Source: an uncultured Candidatus Peribacteria bacterium (GTDB taxonomy: Bacteria; Patescibacteriota; Gracilibacteria; UBA4473). From it: a DNA stretch of 51,154 nucleotides. The notes under the pieces are model-generated. The model ran no database searches and had not been told where the DNA came from. It saw nothing but the letters and a program-made list of their open reading frames with translations. The stretch spans positions 1 to 51,154 of the forward strand of contig CAZEON010000002.1 of assembly GCA_964513975.1 (NCBI GenBank), read 5' to 3'. Below, piece by piece: positions 1-9,826 of the stretch. A program made the position numbers and the translations under genes. Every line of letters begins with the position of its first letter. Position 1 is the stretch's first letter.

Positions 1-128
1 TCTTTTTCTTATTCTTCTTCTACCAAGTGTTGCGTTTAACCCTAAAATGTAGGTTTTGAATTATCTATTTCATTATAACACAAAACAAAAACATGGTCAA
101 TGATGTTTCTTCAAAAAAACCCTTTAAC

Positions 129-1034
129 TTATAATTTTTTTATAAATCTTTCAATATTCACATGTTTCACTTCTTCGATAAGTGTCGTTTTGTATTGCTC
201 TCGATGCGATAACGTTTGAATAAAGTTTCCTTTTCGTGGGTTTTTGTAGAGCACCCCAAGTGGGATTTTTTCACTTTTTTCTATGAAAGCCCTCGCTTCG
301 ATGAGGTTGTGTACATCGTAGGATTCTAATTCTTCTACTCGCTGGGTATTCTTCATCAACCATTCATCAGTCATCATCTTGTTGTAAGTCGGACATGATT
401 GAAGAATCTGAATAAAGGCAAACCCTTTGTGATTCAATCCTTCACGAATGATGTCTGTCATATGATCAATGTCGGCTGATGTTGTTTGTGCAACAAAAGA
501 TGGCTTCGCACTAAAGACTAAATCGAGTGGATTAATCACATCTATTTTTACTCCTTGTGGAGTTCCGTTCATCTTACAATGTTGTGGCGTCGTCGCTGAT
601 GCTTGCCCCGTGGTGAGCGCGTAATTTTGGTTATCGTGGTGGAGGAAGAGGATTGGGTAATCGCTTCGCACCGCGTGAATAAGATGATTTACTCCTTCGC
701 TCAAAGTCGCTCCATCACCAGCTGCAGCAATCACGTGCAGGTTTTCATTCGCAATTTTTGCTCCCACCGCGAGTGGCAATACTCGTCCGTGAAGTCCATG
801 AATCGTGTAGGTTTCGATCTTGTCCGATCCATTTCCACTACACCCTACATCGAAGCAAGACAGCACATCTTTGGGGGCTATCTTTTCCAAGACGAGTGCA
901 CGTTTCAAAGCGTTTTGAATGGAGTAGTTTCCACATCCTCCACACCACGTCATTACTTGATCGCTTTCGTACGCGTTGTACGCCCCCGCGCAAGCGGTGA
1001 GTTGTTCCAATGTTTTCTTGTCTATTGGGCTCAT
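129..1034 (-). CDS. 2-oxoacid:ferredoxin/flavodoxin oxidoreductase, beta (TPP-binding) subunit
   Basis: 301-aa ORF with an N-terminal Cys motif (WCGGCGNYS) and a TPP motif (GDG...HHDNQNY) typical of KorB/PorB-type beta subunits. Its start overlaps the upstream subunit stop (ATGA at 1031-1034). Confidence 0.85.
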   Translation of the reverse strand: MSPIDKKTLEQLTACAGAYNAYESDQVMTWCGGCGNYSIQNALKRALVLEKIAPKDVLSCFDVGCSGNGSDKIETYTIHGLHGRVLPLAVGAKIANENLHVIAAAGDGATLSEGVNHLIHAVRSDYPILFLHHDNQNYALTTGQASATTPQHCKMNGTPQGVKIDVINPLDLVFSAKPSFVAQTTSADIDHMTDIIREGLNHKGFAFIQILQSCPTYNKMMTDEWLMKNTQRVEELESYDVHNLIEARAFIEKSEKIPLGVLYKNPRKGNFIQTLSHREQYKTTLIEEVKHVNIERFIKKL

Positions 1035-2755
1035 TGCTTGGTGTGGTTATCAATATAGTCGCAAACATCTTCTATAAAGAATGGTCGTCCGTTCCATTTG
1101 AGAAACTTCCCTGCGAACATGTGTCCGAGTGCTTCTACTTTCATTCCAAATTGTCCCCCGTAGTTTCCTTCAAGTAGGTGCACATTCTTATTTTGAACGA
1201 AAAACATGTTCAATGCTTCTTCTTCCAGTGGCCAGACCACCTCAAAATGCAAGAAGTTTACTGATACGTCCTGCTCCCCGTACTGCGCAATAATGTCTTC
1301 CATCACTGTCTTCGAGCTTCCCCATCCAACAAAAGAAATATCCGCGTCTTTTTCCGGTCCATACACTTTTGGTTTCGGCAAATTCGCTTTAATAAGGTCT
1401 AATTTTCGCATTCGTTTCGCATACATGTCCCCTGCTTTTTCACTTTCGTCTAACACTCCTCGTTCATCGTGTTCATCTCCATTGGCAAAGAAGGTTGTGT
1501 CACAACCTCCTGGCAACCAACGCGTTGAGAGTCCTGATTCTGTAATTTTATATCGATCTTCTTGCTTGAGTGAATCAAGATTGGAAGCGAGTCCTCGTTC
1601 GATTTTAATTTTATTTTGCGCGAAGGATGGAAGTGTCATTTTCGATTCACAGACCACTTTTTCTGTGAGAAGAATAACTGGCACTTGGTACTTCTCGGCG
1701 AAGTTGAATGCATGTTGAACATTATCGAAGCAATCACTTGGATCACTGCAGGCAATGACCACTCGTGGAAATTCTCCATGCGACGAGTGAATCGCCAGAT
1801 TCAAATCTCCTTGTGCCGTCCATGTTGGCAAACCTGTTCCTGGTCCTGGTCTTTGTGCGAGAACGATAACAAGAGGATTTTCAATAATTCCTGCCAAACT
1901 GACCGATTCAGTCATCAGATCATATCCTCCACCAGAGGTTGCCGTCATCGAACGAGTCCCCGCAAACATCGCCCCGAGGGACATTTGTACGGCAGTGATT
2001 TCATCTTCGGCTTGTTTGACCACAACGCCCGTATCATCGCTCATATTCGCCACGTGCGTAAGGATTGAACTGGAAGGAGACATTGGATACGTCACATAAA
2101 ATCGCATTCCTCCGTGAATGGCTCCCAGCGCTATCGCGTGATTTCCGTCGAGAAGGATTGTTTCGTTTTTTTCTTTTGGGAGAGACGCGATTAATCGCGT
2201 CTCTACGGATACCCCATCGTACGCCGCACGCAAGCATTTGAGCGCTACATTCAAAAGTGCTTCTTTCTTTGCGAATTTCTCCTTTATCAATCTTTCAATG
2301 AGTTCGAACTCGAATCCCAACACTTTCCATGTCATTCCCGTCAGAATGATATTTGCCATCTGCACTGTTCCCCCGTTTTCGAAGGCTATTTGGCGTGAAG
2401 GCAAGTTTACGGTTTCAATATTTCGTTCTTCAACTTTCTTGAGAATATCAGGAATGTTGGTCATTTTTTCATACCCATGGATGAACACACCGTCCTTTTT
2501 CAACGTATCGAAATACGCCACGAGACTGTGTTTATCAATAGCTACGAGAATGTCTGCATCACGCGAGAGAGACTTCACAGGAGTTTCGGAGAAATTAATC
2601 GTGTAGCACGAATGCCCTCCTTTAATAAGAGAAGGATATTCCCGATCCGCGCACAGATGAAACCCGAGTTTTTGCAAACCCTTGGAAATCAATTCCCCTG
2701 CGGTCAGCAAACCCGATCCACTCTGTCCGACGATTTTTATTCTGGTTCTTTCCAT
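1031..2755 (-). CDS. 2-oxoacid:ferredoxin oxidoreductase, fused gamma-alpha subunit
   Basis: 574-aa ORF. The N-terminal ~180 aa look like a gamma subunit (KIVGQSGSGLLTAG). The remainder looks like an alpha subunit (GNHAIALGAIHGG, YPMSPSS). It is translationally coupled to the beta subunit. Confidence 0.85.
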   Translation of the reverse strand: MERTRIKIVGQSGSGLLTAGELISKGLQKLGFHLCADREYPSLIKGGHSCYTINFSETPVKSLSRDADILVAIDKHSLVAYFDTLKKDGVFIHGYEKMTNIPDILKKVEERNIETVNLPSRQIAFENGGTVQMANIILTGMTWKVLGFEFELIERLIKEKFAKKEALLNVALKCLRAAYDGVSVETRLIASLPKEKNETILLDGNHAIALGAIHGGMRFYVTYPMSPSSSILTHVANMSDDTGVVVKQAEDEITAVQMSLGAMFAGTRSMTATSGGGYDLMTESVSLAGIIENPLVIVLAQRPGPGTGLPTWTAQGDLNLAIHSSHGEFPRVVIACSDPSDCFDNVQHAFNFAEKYQVPVILLTEKVVCESKMTLPSFAQNKIKIERGLASNLDSLKQEDRYKITESGLSTRWLPGGCDTTFFANGDEHDERGVLDESEKAGDMYAKRMRKLDLIKANLPKPKVYGPEKDADISFVGWGSSKTVMEDIIAQYGEQDVSVNFLHFEVVWPLEEEALNMFFVQNKNVHLLEGNYGGQFGMKVEALGHMFAGKFLKWNGRPFFIEDVCDYIDNHTKQ

Positions 2756-2770
2756 AAACTTGTAATCTTG

Positions 2771-3223
2771 TTAACTTGTAATCTCGTCATCTAATTTTCC
2801 TGCCCACCTTTGTATATGTTTTTCAAAAGAGAGCAATGGTGATTTTGCTATCTTAAGCGGAGGTGTCGCAACAACGCCTCCGTGAGTTTCAATAAATATC
2901 GTAAGAATTTTTTCTGATTCCATAAAGTAATCCAAATCGTACTTCGAATCGCCGAGTGCCACCACCGCACATTTCTTATTCTCAAGATTAATGTTCTCGG
3001 CTGTAGGTAAGAACTTCGCGAAGTGCATCTCAAGTAATCCATGTCCATAGGTCGGACTTGCAAGGATAAGGCAATTGCCTTTTAAGAGATCCTCTGCTTT
3101 CGCTAATTCACATCGCAAGAGGGAGACCTTGTGATTTAATTTCTCAAGTTCCTCTTGAAGTTTCTGACACACGATTTGTGTGTTTCCACCGGTCGTTCCG
3201 TAAATGATCTGGATGTCTGACAT
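2771..3223 (-). CDS. flavodoxin
   Basis: The start is taken at the internal Met (MSDIQIIYGTTGGNTQ...). It has the FMN phosphate-binding loop T-T-G-G-N-T and the size of a short-chain flavodoxin. It lies 15 bp downstream of the oxidoreductase operon on the same strand. Confidence 0.75.
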   Translation of the reverse strand: MSDIQIIYGTTGGNTQIVCQKLQEELEKLNHKVSLLRCELAKAEDLLKGNCLILASPTYGHGLLEMHFAKFLPTAENINLENKKCAVVALGDSKYDLDYFMESEKILTIFIETHGGVVATPPLKIAKSPLLSFEKHIQRWAGKLDDEITS

Positions 3224-3233
3224 TGTGAAAGTA

Positions 3234-3656
3234 TTATTCTGATTTTTGTGCAATTCTCAACAAATCCCAAAAGTCATAAAGCACACACCCCACATACAAA
3301 AACACTGAAACAGTAAATAAAATTTCGTATAACGATGGGTAAACGATACCCCCAATAAGAGTGATCATTATCAGGAAAATCATTATCAGAAACATGAAAA
3401 TCGCCGTAGCTATGTGAGCAACAAGTCGTGTTGATATTTTTTGAAGGTTTGAATATTCATAAGAAAATGCAAAATTCGCGAAACAGACAGTAACCAAAAG
3501 CATGCTCAATATAAGAAGTAAATCTCCCGATTGGAACTCTGACAGTACTGAAAGTTTTGTTTGGAGAACCGGGAACCACAATATCCCCAGTAATAAAATT
3601 AAAATATTCTTTATAAAATTTTCCTTCACCGATCTGGATAAAAGAGTGTCCTTCAT
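3234..3656 (-). CDS. hypothetical integral membrane protein
   Basis: The C-terminal 140 aa of track ORF 3234..3836 contain about four hydrophobic helices. The start is moved to Met61 (MKDTLL) because the longer N-terminus overlaps the divergent aroD start. No family was recognised. Confidence 0.45.
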   Translation of the reverse strand: MKDTLLSRSVKENFIKNILILLLGILWFPVLQTKLSVLSEFQSGDLLLILSMLLVTVCFANFAFSYEYSNLQKISTRLVAHIATAIFMFLIMIFLIMITLIGGIVYPSLYEILFTVSVFLYVGCVLYDFWDLLRIAQKSE

Positions 3657-3698
3657 TTGCTCGCATTGTGATAAAAAATGTGCTTTCATGCAAAAGAA

Positions 3699-4316
3699 AT
3701 GCACACCATCGTTCCCGTCCGCCCTCGTAATGCTGATGATCTGCTCGCAATGGCAGAGAAAATTGGTGATCGCGCGCACTGGATTGAAGTATGGTTGGAT
3801 CAATTTGCGGGAGATATACCAAGAATCGAATCTCATAAGTTAATTGGATGTTGCAAGACGCCAGAGGAACGTGGGAACTTTTTGGGAACAGCAGAAGCAA
3901 AGATTGAAGTTCTGCAGAAATTCTTGAAAGCTGGTGGAGATCTAGTGGATTTAGATGTGACACGAGTCGAAGAATCTCTCATTCGGCAAATTCCACACGA
4001 CAAACTTCTCTTGAGTTATCACAACTTTGATAAGATGCCGAACAACCTCGACGACATCGTCGTGCAGATGTATTTCCTTTCTCCAGCTATTTGTAAATTT
4101 TCCGTGACGGTAAACGATCCCATATCTCTGGAACTGTTTTTAAGTTTTGTGAAAAATTTCCCAGCCAATCAAAATGCCATCTTTACTACGATGGGAGGAC
4201 TCGGACGAGAGGGGCGAGAGAGTGTCGAATCTTTGAAAAAATCATGGGGGCGATTTGTAGCCTTTGATGAAAACAGTCAAACAGATCTAAGTCAAAGGAC
4301 TCTTGACGAAATATAA
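3699..4316 (+). CDS. aroD: 3-dehydroquinate dehydratase, type I
   Basis: The LLLSYHNFDKMP motif corresponds to the conserved SxHDFxxTP His region. CKFSVTV corresponds to the Schiff-base Lys region (KIAV). Size is about 205 aa. The start is taken at MHTIVPV. Confidence 0.7.
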   Translation: MHTIVPVRPRNADDLLAMAEKIGDRAHWIEVWLDQFAGDIPRIESHKLIGCCKTPEERGNFLGTAEAKIEVLQKFLKAGGDLVDLDVTRVEESLIRQIPHDKLLLSYHNFDKMPNNLDDIVVQMYFLSPAICKFSVTVNDPISLELFLSFVKNFPANQNAIFTTMGGLGREGRESVESLKKSWGRFVAFDENSQTDLSQRTLDEI

Positions 4317-4530
4317 TCCCCTTGTCATTCCCTCCCCCGACTTTACGAAGGCAGGCTCCGGAGGGAATCTAGAACTCTTGTACTGTACTGTACAAAATAT
4401 ATAATTTCACATGATTCAAGATAAAAAAGCCTTCTCCAATCAAGTGTGAATTGACTAAACAAGGCTTTAATAAATAACAGGATTTGTTTCATCTCCAACT
4501 GAGGAAAATTGTTTTAAAAAATTCATTAAT

Positions 4531-5340
4531 TTAGGTTCGGATCCAGGAAATTATTGCCCAGATTCCAACAATAACAAATCCCAATCCAATTATCCATGTG
4601 TCGTTTTCAACTGCACGTGGAATCTTAAAAACAAGATTTCCTAAAATTAAAAAAATACCAAAGAGGAACATAAAAAGAAGTACAAAAAATTCGAATATTT
4701 TATTTTCCAATTTGTCACTCCATTTATTGAACCTTTGCATCTTTCGTCCCAAAAAACTTTTTTGAAGCTTTGTACCGATATTGTTCACAAATTTTTCAGA
4801 CCAACGCGCAAGACGTGAATTTGAATTTTTTTCATCAAGTCGGTGAAAAAATCGATTTAAATAATCTCTTTGAGTTTGTAAAAAAGAAAAAAAGAAAATT
4901 ATTTTAAATATTCCAACAACCAAAAAAATAAGAATAGTTATTGCAATATTCTTTCTAAACCGAAGAATTAAAAATACCAACAAGGGTACTGCAATGTAAG
5001 TGACAATGATTAAGTCAATTAATGCCTTTAATCCTTTTTCAGGGATTGGGATATAACTCCAAAGGAGTACAAAAATCACGCCAGAAACAATGACGGTCCA
5101 AAAGTATTCGCTTTGTATCATTTTCTTGAGTCCATTAAGAACACGAGAGTAAGATAGCGCGATAGAAAGAATTCCTCCTAAAACAAGAGGAAAAGCAATA
5201 AACATTAAAATCATGGGTTCGGGGAATTTTATTGCAAAAAAATATCCGATCACAATTGAGCTCATTCCAAAGAATCTTCGGAATGATCCGATAATAAATT
5301 TTTTCATAAGGCTTTTAATTAATTTATTTATATTTAACAA
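4531..5340 (-). CDS. hypothetical polytopic membrane protein
   Basis: 269-aa ORF with more than six hydrophobic segments. No recognisable catalytic motif. Confidence 0.5.
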   Translation of the reverse strand: MLNINKLIKSLMKKFIIGSFRRFFGMSSIVIGYFFAIKFPEPMILMFIAFPLVLGGILSIALSYSRVLNGLKKMIQSEYFWTVIVSGVIFVLLWSYIPIPEKGLKALIDLIIVTYIAVPLLVFLILRFRKNIAITILIFLVVGIFKIIFFFSFLQTQRDYLNRFFHRLDEKNSNSRLARWSEKFVNNIGTKLQKSFLGRKMQRFNKWSDKLENKIFEFFVLLFMFLFGIFLILGNLVFKIPRAVENDTWIIGLGFVIVGIWAIISWIRT

Positions 5341-5548
5341 TTATTTAATTTCAAAGAACAAATCCTAGTATGCGACAATTCTGAGCACATATAGAAAGAA
5401 GAGTTCTTTTTATAGTGCGACAAAAAATTGGTCACAACGCGTCATCTTTAGTGCAAAAACGTAGAATAGTCAAGTTGTGGTTGCTTTTGGACAAAATATT
5501 TTTTTCCTGCTACCGTTGTTTTCGAAAAATTCAATACACATTAATACA

Positions 5549-7864
5549 ATGACAAAAAATCTTGTGATCGTGGAGAGTCCGGCAAAAGCAAAAACTATTG
5601 AGAAGTTCCTCGGGAAAGACTTTACGGTGAAATCAAGTTTCGGGCATATTCGAGATTTGCCAAAAAAAGGTATGTCGATTGATATCGAAGGGGGAACATT
5701 TGAACCAACGTACGAGGTTTCCACTGATAAGAAAAAGACAGTCACAGAGCTCAAGAAACTTTCAAAAGATGCAATCGTCTGGCTCGCTGCCGATGAAGAT
5801 CGAGAAGGGGAAGCGATTGCGTGGCACTTGAAAGAAGCTTTGAAATTGGATCCAAAGAAAACAAAACGAATCGTGTTTCACGAAATTACAAAACCTGCGA
5901 TTCTCCACGCTGTGGAAAATCCACGGGAATTGGATACGAACTTAGTTGATGCACAACAGGCACGACGAGTGCTTGACCGATTAGTGGGATATGAACTCTC
6001 ACCTGTGCTCTGGAAGAAGGTCAGAACAGGACTCTCAGCTGGACGCGTGCAGTCAGTGGCGGTGCGAATTCTTGTTGAACGAGAACGAGAAATTGATGCG
6101 TTTAGTTCATCATCAATGTTTAAACTTACGGCAGAATTTAATCTTGGAGGAGGAAAGGTTCTCAAAGCGGAACTTCCAAAGAAATTTGAAACGGCTGACG
6201 AAGCGAAAGCATTCTTGGAATCTTGCAAAGGAGCGGACTTCAAGGTCGCAGACCTCGAAAAATCTCCGGGAAAACGTTCTCCATCAGCACCATTTACGAC
6301 ATCAACACTGCAACAGGAAGCCAGTCGAAAACTGGGATTCTCCGTGAAACAAACGATGACGGTGGCGCAGAAATTGTACGAAGCAGGAAAAATCACCTAC
6401 ATGCGTACTGATTCTGTGAACTTGTCTGATCTTGCTCTCGGGCAAGCGGGAAATGAAATCGAAAGTCGATACGGAAAAGAATTTGTTCAGATCCGAAAAT
6501 ACAAAACGAAAGCATCAGGTGCCCAAGAGGCGCATGAAGCGATTCGTCCAACAGACCTTTCTCAGGACAGCGTGTCAGGGGATGGGGGACAAGAGAAATT
6601 GTACAGCTTGATCTGGAAACGAACGATTGCTTCGCAAATGGCAGAAGCAAAATTGGAAAAAACAACAGCGAGTATTGATATCTCAACGAACAAAACACAA
6701 CTTGTGGCGAAAGGAGAAGTCGTGAAATTCGAAGGATTCTTGAAAGTGTACTTCGAGGGTACGGACGAAGAAAATGGAGACGATCCATTGTCAAAGAAGA
6801 TGTTGCCTCCGATTAAAGTCGGACAGGATTTGCAACTCGACGTGATGCAGGGAATGGAGATTTTCTCTCGTCCACCAGCGAGATACACCGAGGCGAGCTT
6901 GGTTAAAAAAATGGAGGAAATGGGAATTGGTCGACCGTCAACGTACGCGCCAACGATTTCTACCATCCAAGATAGAGGGTATGTGGAAAAAGGTGATTTG
7001 GAAGGAAAAGAACGAAACCTTCAAATTTTCTTGCTCAAAAATGATTCGATTACAGACGAAGTAAAAACGGAAATTACAGGAGCGGATAAATCAAAACTTC
7101 TTCCAACGGACATTGGAAATGTGGTAACAGATTTCCTTGTAAAACACTTCCCAAAAATCGTTGATTACAACTTCACGGTTCAAGTGGAGGAAGAATTCGA
7201 TTCGATTGCGCACGGGAAACAGAAATGGAACAAGATGATTTCAGAGTTCTATACTCCTTTCCGAGCGACGGTAGATGCAGCGGCAGATATCTCTCGAGAA
7301 GAAGCACAACAAACGCGAGAACTCGGAATTGATCCAGAGAGTGGGAAACCAGTCTTGGTGCGAGTTGGTCGCTATGGTCCAATGTTTCAAATCGGAACAA
7401 AGGACGATGAAGAAAAACCACGATTCGCATCTCTTCCAGAAGGGAAAAAGATGGATGAAGTGACACTTGAAGAAGCGTTGGAACTTTTTAAACTTCCGCG
7501 AATTGTCGGACAAACCAAAGATGGTGAAGATATTGCAACGAACTTTGGGCGGTTTGGTCCATACATTAAATTCGGAACTAAATTTGTCTCCATTAAACCA
7601 GATGATCCATTTACGATTACGTTGGAACGAGCATTGGAATTGATAGAAGAAAAGAAAAAAGCAGACAAAGAGAAATTCATCCAAACATTTGAAGGTTCAG
7701 ATATTCAGGTTCTCAAAGGACAATATGGTCCTTATATTACGGACGGAAAGAAAAACGCAAAAATTCCAAAAGACAAAAAACCAGAAAAATTGACGCTCAA
7801 AGAATGTGAGGAAATGATTGTTGCGGCTCCAGCGAAAAAGAAACGACGGTTTATTAAGAAGTAG
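5549..7864 (+). CDS. topA: DNA topoisomerase I
   Basis: The TOPRIM N-terminus MTKNLVIVESPAKAKTIEKFLG sets the start at the ATG at 5549. It has the active-site Tyr motif ITYMRTDS and a Lys-rich C-terminal tail. Confidence 0.95.
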   Translation: MTKNLVIVESPAKAKTIEKFLGKDFTVKSSFGHIRDLPKKGMSIDIEGGTFEPTYEVSTDKKKTVTELKKLSKDAIVWLAADEDREGEAIAWHLKEALKLDPKKTKRIVFHEITKPAILHAVENPRELDTNLVDAQQARRVLDRLVGYELSPVLWKKVRTGLSAGRVQSVAVRILVEREREIDAFSSSSMFKLTAEFNLGGGKVLKAELPKKFETADEAKAFLESCKGADFKVADLEKSPGKRSPSAPFTTSTLQQEASRKLGFSVKQTMTVAQKLYEAGKITYMRTDSVNLSDLALGQAGNEIESRYGKEFVQIRKYKTKASGAQEAHEAIRPTDLSQDSVSGDGGQEKLYSLIWKRTIASQMAEAKLEKTTASIDISTNKTQLVAKGEVVKFEGFLKVYFEGTDEENGDDPLSKKMLPPIKVGQDLQLDVMQGMEIFSRPPARYTEASLVKKMEEMGIGRPSTYAPTISTIQDRGYVEKGDLEGKERNLQIFLLKNDSITDEVKTEITGADKSKLLPTDIGNVVTDFLVKHFPKIVDYNFTVQVEEEFDSIAHGKQKWNKMISEFYTPFRATVDAAADISREEAQQTRELGIDPESGKPVLVRVGRYGPMFQIGTKDDEEKPRFASLPEGKKMDEVTLEEALELFKLPRIVGQTKDGEDIATNFGRFGPYIKFGTKFVSIKPDDPFTITLERALELIEEKKKADKEKFIQTFEGSDIQVLKGQYGPYITDGKKNAKIPKDKKPEKLTLKECEEMIVAAPAKKKRRFIKK

Positions 7865-7968
7865 GGAAATTTTCAATTTCCGATTGCCGATTTTCGATTT
7901 ATGAAAAAGTGCGATCCTTTTATAATTTTCTTTCAAAAGAAACCTTTTTCAGTACAATCCCTTCGGTC

Positions 7969-8044
7969 GGGCGAGTAGCTCAGTGGTTAGAGCAGGGCGC
8001 TCATAACGCTTTGGTGGCAGGTTCAATTCCTGCCTCGCCCACCA
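7969..8044 (+). tRNA. tRNA-Met (anticodon CAU; elongator-type, could also be a lysidine-modified Ile2)
   Basis: A 76-nt cloverleaf folded by hand. Acceptor stem is GGGCGAG/CTCGCCC, D arm GCTC-AGTGGTTA-GAGC, anticodon loop CTCATAA, T arm GCAGG-TTCAATT-CCTGC, with an encoded CCA. A G1-C72 pair argues against an initiator. Confidence 0.9.
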
Positions 8045-9750
8045 CTTAGGCAAAATAATTCTTCCAATCCGTCTTTAACCTTTATCTCAAGCCATTTTTC
8101 ATGGTGATAAACCATGTTCAGAAAGAGAGATTGTATTATTTCTGCTTTTTGAACATAGGTCGCTTTATCATAGAAGGATTGGGCGTTCTTCATGAATTTG
8201 ACCATTGTTTCCGTTGAAAGAATTGTAATCTCATTTTTTGATTCGAGATCTTTTATTTCGTTTTCATGGAATTTTATATCTGCCTTGAATTGTTTGAGTT
8301 TCTTTTGATAAACAGCTTCTTCTTCCGTGTTCTTTTCCTTCGCAAAGTTTTTTTCAATATAATTTTCTCTTTTGCTAGAAATCTGATTGATTCGTAATTG
8401 GTTTCTCTTTCTCATTTCTTCGTTGTCCCTAAAAGTTTCTCGTAGTTTTATTCGAGCGTATCCCAAATAAGCAAGATACTGTTCATTTGTCACTTGAATT
8501 TTTCCTATTTTTTCACGGATTTTCACGTCTAATTTGTCAAAAGGAACGCTTTGCTTGGTCTTATTGTTATAAAGTCGAATTTGCCTCGGAGAAACGACAT
8601 CTGCAAGTGTCGCCTTGGGATTTGTCTTTTTGAGTTTTTCTAGATTCGGAAAATGTCGATTATTTTTATTTGGAAGCGTTAGAGAAAAATCAAATCCTTT
8701 TGAATCAACTAAGAAACCATTTTTTATAACTCTAATTGCCTCTAGGTCGTCTTTTTTATTGATTTCCCTCTTGTGATGACGTTGAGAAAAACTCTTTTGT
8801 CTCTCGCTCAAAATCTCATGCTCCTCATAAGTGATAATTGGTTCAAATCCCGATTCTTTTTCAAGGAGGTCAACTATATTATTCCCATAAATCCATTGAC
8901 CGTAGTAAAACGGGTCTGTCCAAATTTGATTCGCCTTTTGATGTGTCATACGAGATTCCTGATCCTTTTTCCCTATACGACAATATCCACGTTTGTTCAT
9001 ATAGTCCGAAATTTTACTATCAGATAAATTCTCATCAATTTTTAATCGAAACCCTTCTTTAAGAATTTGAAAATTGTGTCCATCTGGAATCCATTTTCCA
9101 TCTTCTCCTCGAGCATATCCGTGTTTTATTGATCCAACAGTTTCCCCTTTTCCACTTGATCTTTTATTTCCCGCTGTGACATCTTCAGAAAGTTTGTCAG
9201 AGTATTGCTTTGAGAATACAAACCAAATTCCCAACATCATTTTCCCAGAAGCATTCGGGTCAAAGTGGAAATTCGCATATTGTAATTCAAGAATTCCTTG
9301 GTCTACAAAATCGATAAGAGTTCCTCCTTCGAGCATATTCCGAGCTTGTCGATCAGGAGAATAACTTATAAGCCCCCTGATTTTCCCTTGTTCAATTAGA
9401 CGGGTTAATTTTGTCCATTTCTTTCGATTGGATGGGATTTTTGCACTTTCTTGTTCTTTTACGATAAATAAATGTCGAGAGTCTTGATACACTTTTCGAT
9501 CTTCCAAGTCGTCTATGTGATCTTCCTTGTAAATATCCTCGGACGATTCGAAATTTGAAAAATCCTTTGGTTTAGATTGGATTTCAAGTTCCTCTCTTTT
9601 CGCAAACTTCAAACATTCAACAATTTGACGAGGAATACTCGCAACTTGTTTATTGGAGCTTTCGTCTGTTGATTTTCGACAATAAATCACATATTTAATT
9701 TCTTCGTTTTCCAAGATTACCGGAGCTACTGTTTTTCGTATTGGAGACAT
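8023..9750 (-). CDS. large serine recombinase (resolvase/invertase catalytic domain plus recombinase and coiled-coil C-terminal regions)
   Basis: The catalytic Ser region is YVIYCRKSTDES...SIPRQ and the DR motif is SPDRQARN. At 575 aa it has the length typical of large serine integrases. The last ~7 codons and the stop are encoded antisense within the tRNA 3' end. Confidence 0.8.
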   Translation of the reverse strand: MSPIRKTVAPVILENEEIKYVIYCRKSTDESSNKQVASIPRQIVECLKFAKREELEIQSKPKDFSNFESSEDIYKEDHIDDLEDRKVYQDSRHLFIVKEQESAKIPSNRKKWTKLTRLIEQGKIRGLISYSPDRQARNMLEGGTLIDFVDQGILELQYANFHFDPNASGKMMLGIWFVFSKQYSDKLSEDVTAGNKRSSGKGETVGSIKHGYARGEDGKWIPDGHNFQILKEGFRLKIDENLSDSKISDYMNKRGYCRIGKKDQESRMTHQKANQIWTDPFYYGQWIYGNNIVDLLEKESGFEPIITYEEHEILSERQKSFSQRHHKREINKKDDLEAIRVIKNGFLVDSKGFDFSLTLPNKNNRHFPNLEKLKKTNPKATLADVVSPRQIRLYNNKTKQSVPFDKLDVKIREKIGKIQVTNEQYLAYLGYARIKLRETFRDNEEMRKRNQLRINQISSKRENYIEKNFAKEKNTEEEAVYQKKLKQFKADIKFHENEIKDLESKNEITILSTETMVKFMKNAQSFYDKATYVQKAEIIQSLFLNMVYHHEKWLEIKVKDGLEELFCLSGGRGRN

Positions 9751-9826
9751 AAAAGGAAGTGTTTAATGAAAAATAAACAATGAAATGATATCTTTTTTAT
9801 TAAACGTTTCAAGTCAAAAGTTTTAA

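Noticed and set aside
603-2794. Multiple + strand ORFs (603..1058, 758..1000, 1206..1718, 1616..2068, 2238..2606, 2477..2794) overlapping the oxidoreductase genes
   Set aside because: They are antisense shadow frames of strongly supported minus-strand genes. Their composition is Ser/Arg/Cys-rich and low in complexity, with no motifs. The same reasoning applies to antisense ORFs inside topA (5878..6396, 6393..6966, 7173..7684), purB (24814..25395), uvrC (32560..33009), murL/murD (41374..41934, 43268..43780), mutS (45505..46119 and others) and cysS (21961..22621).
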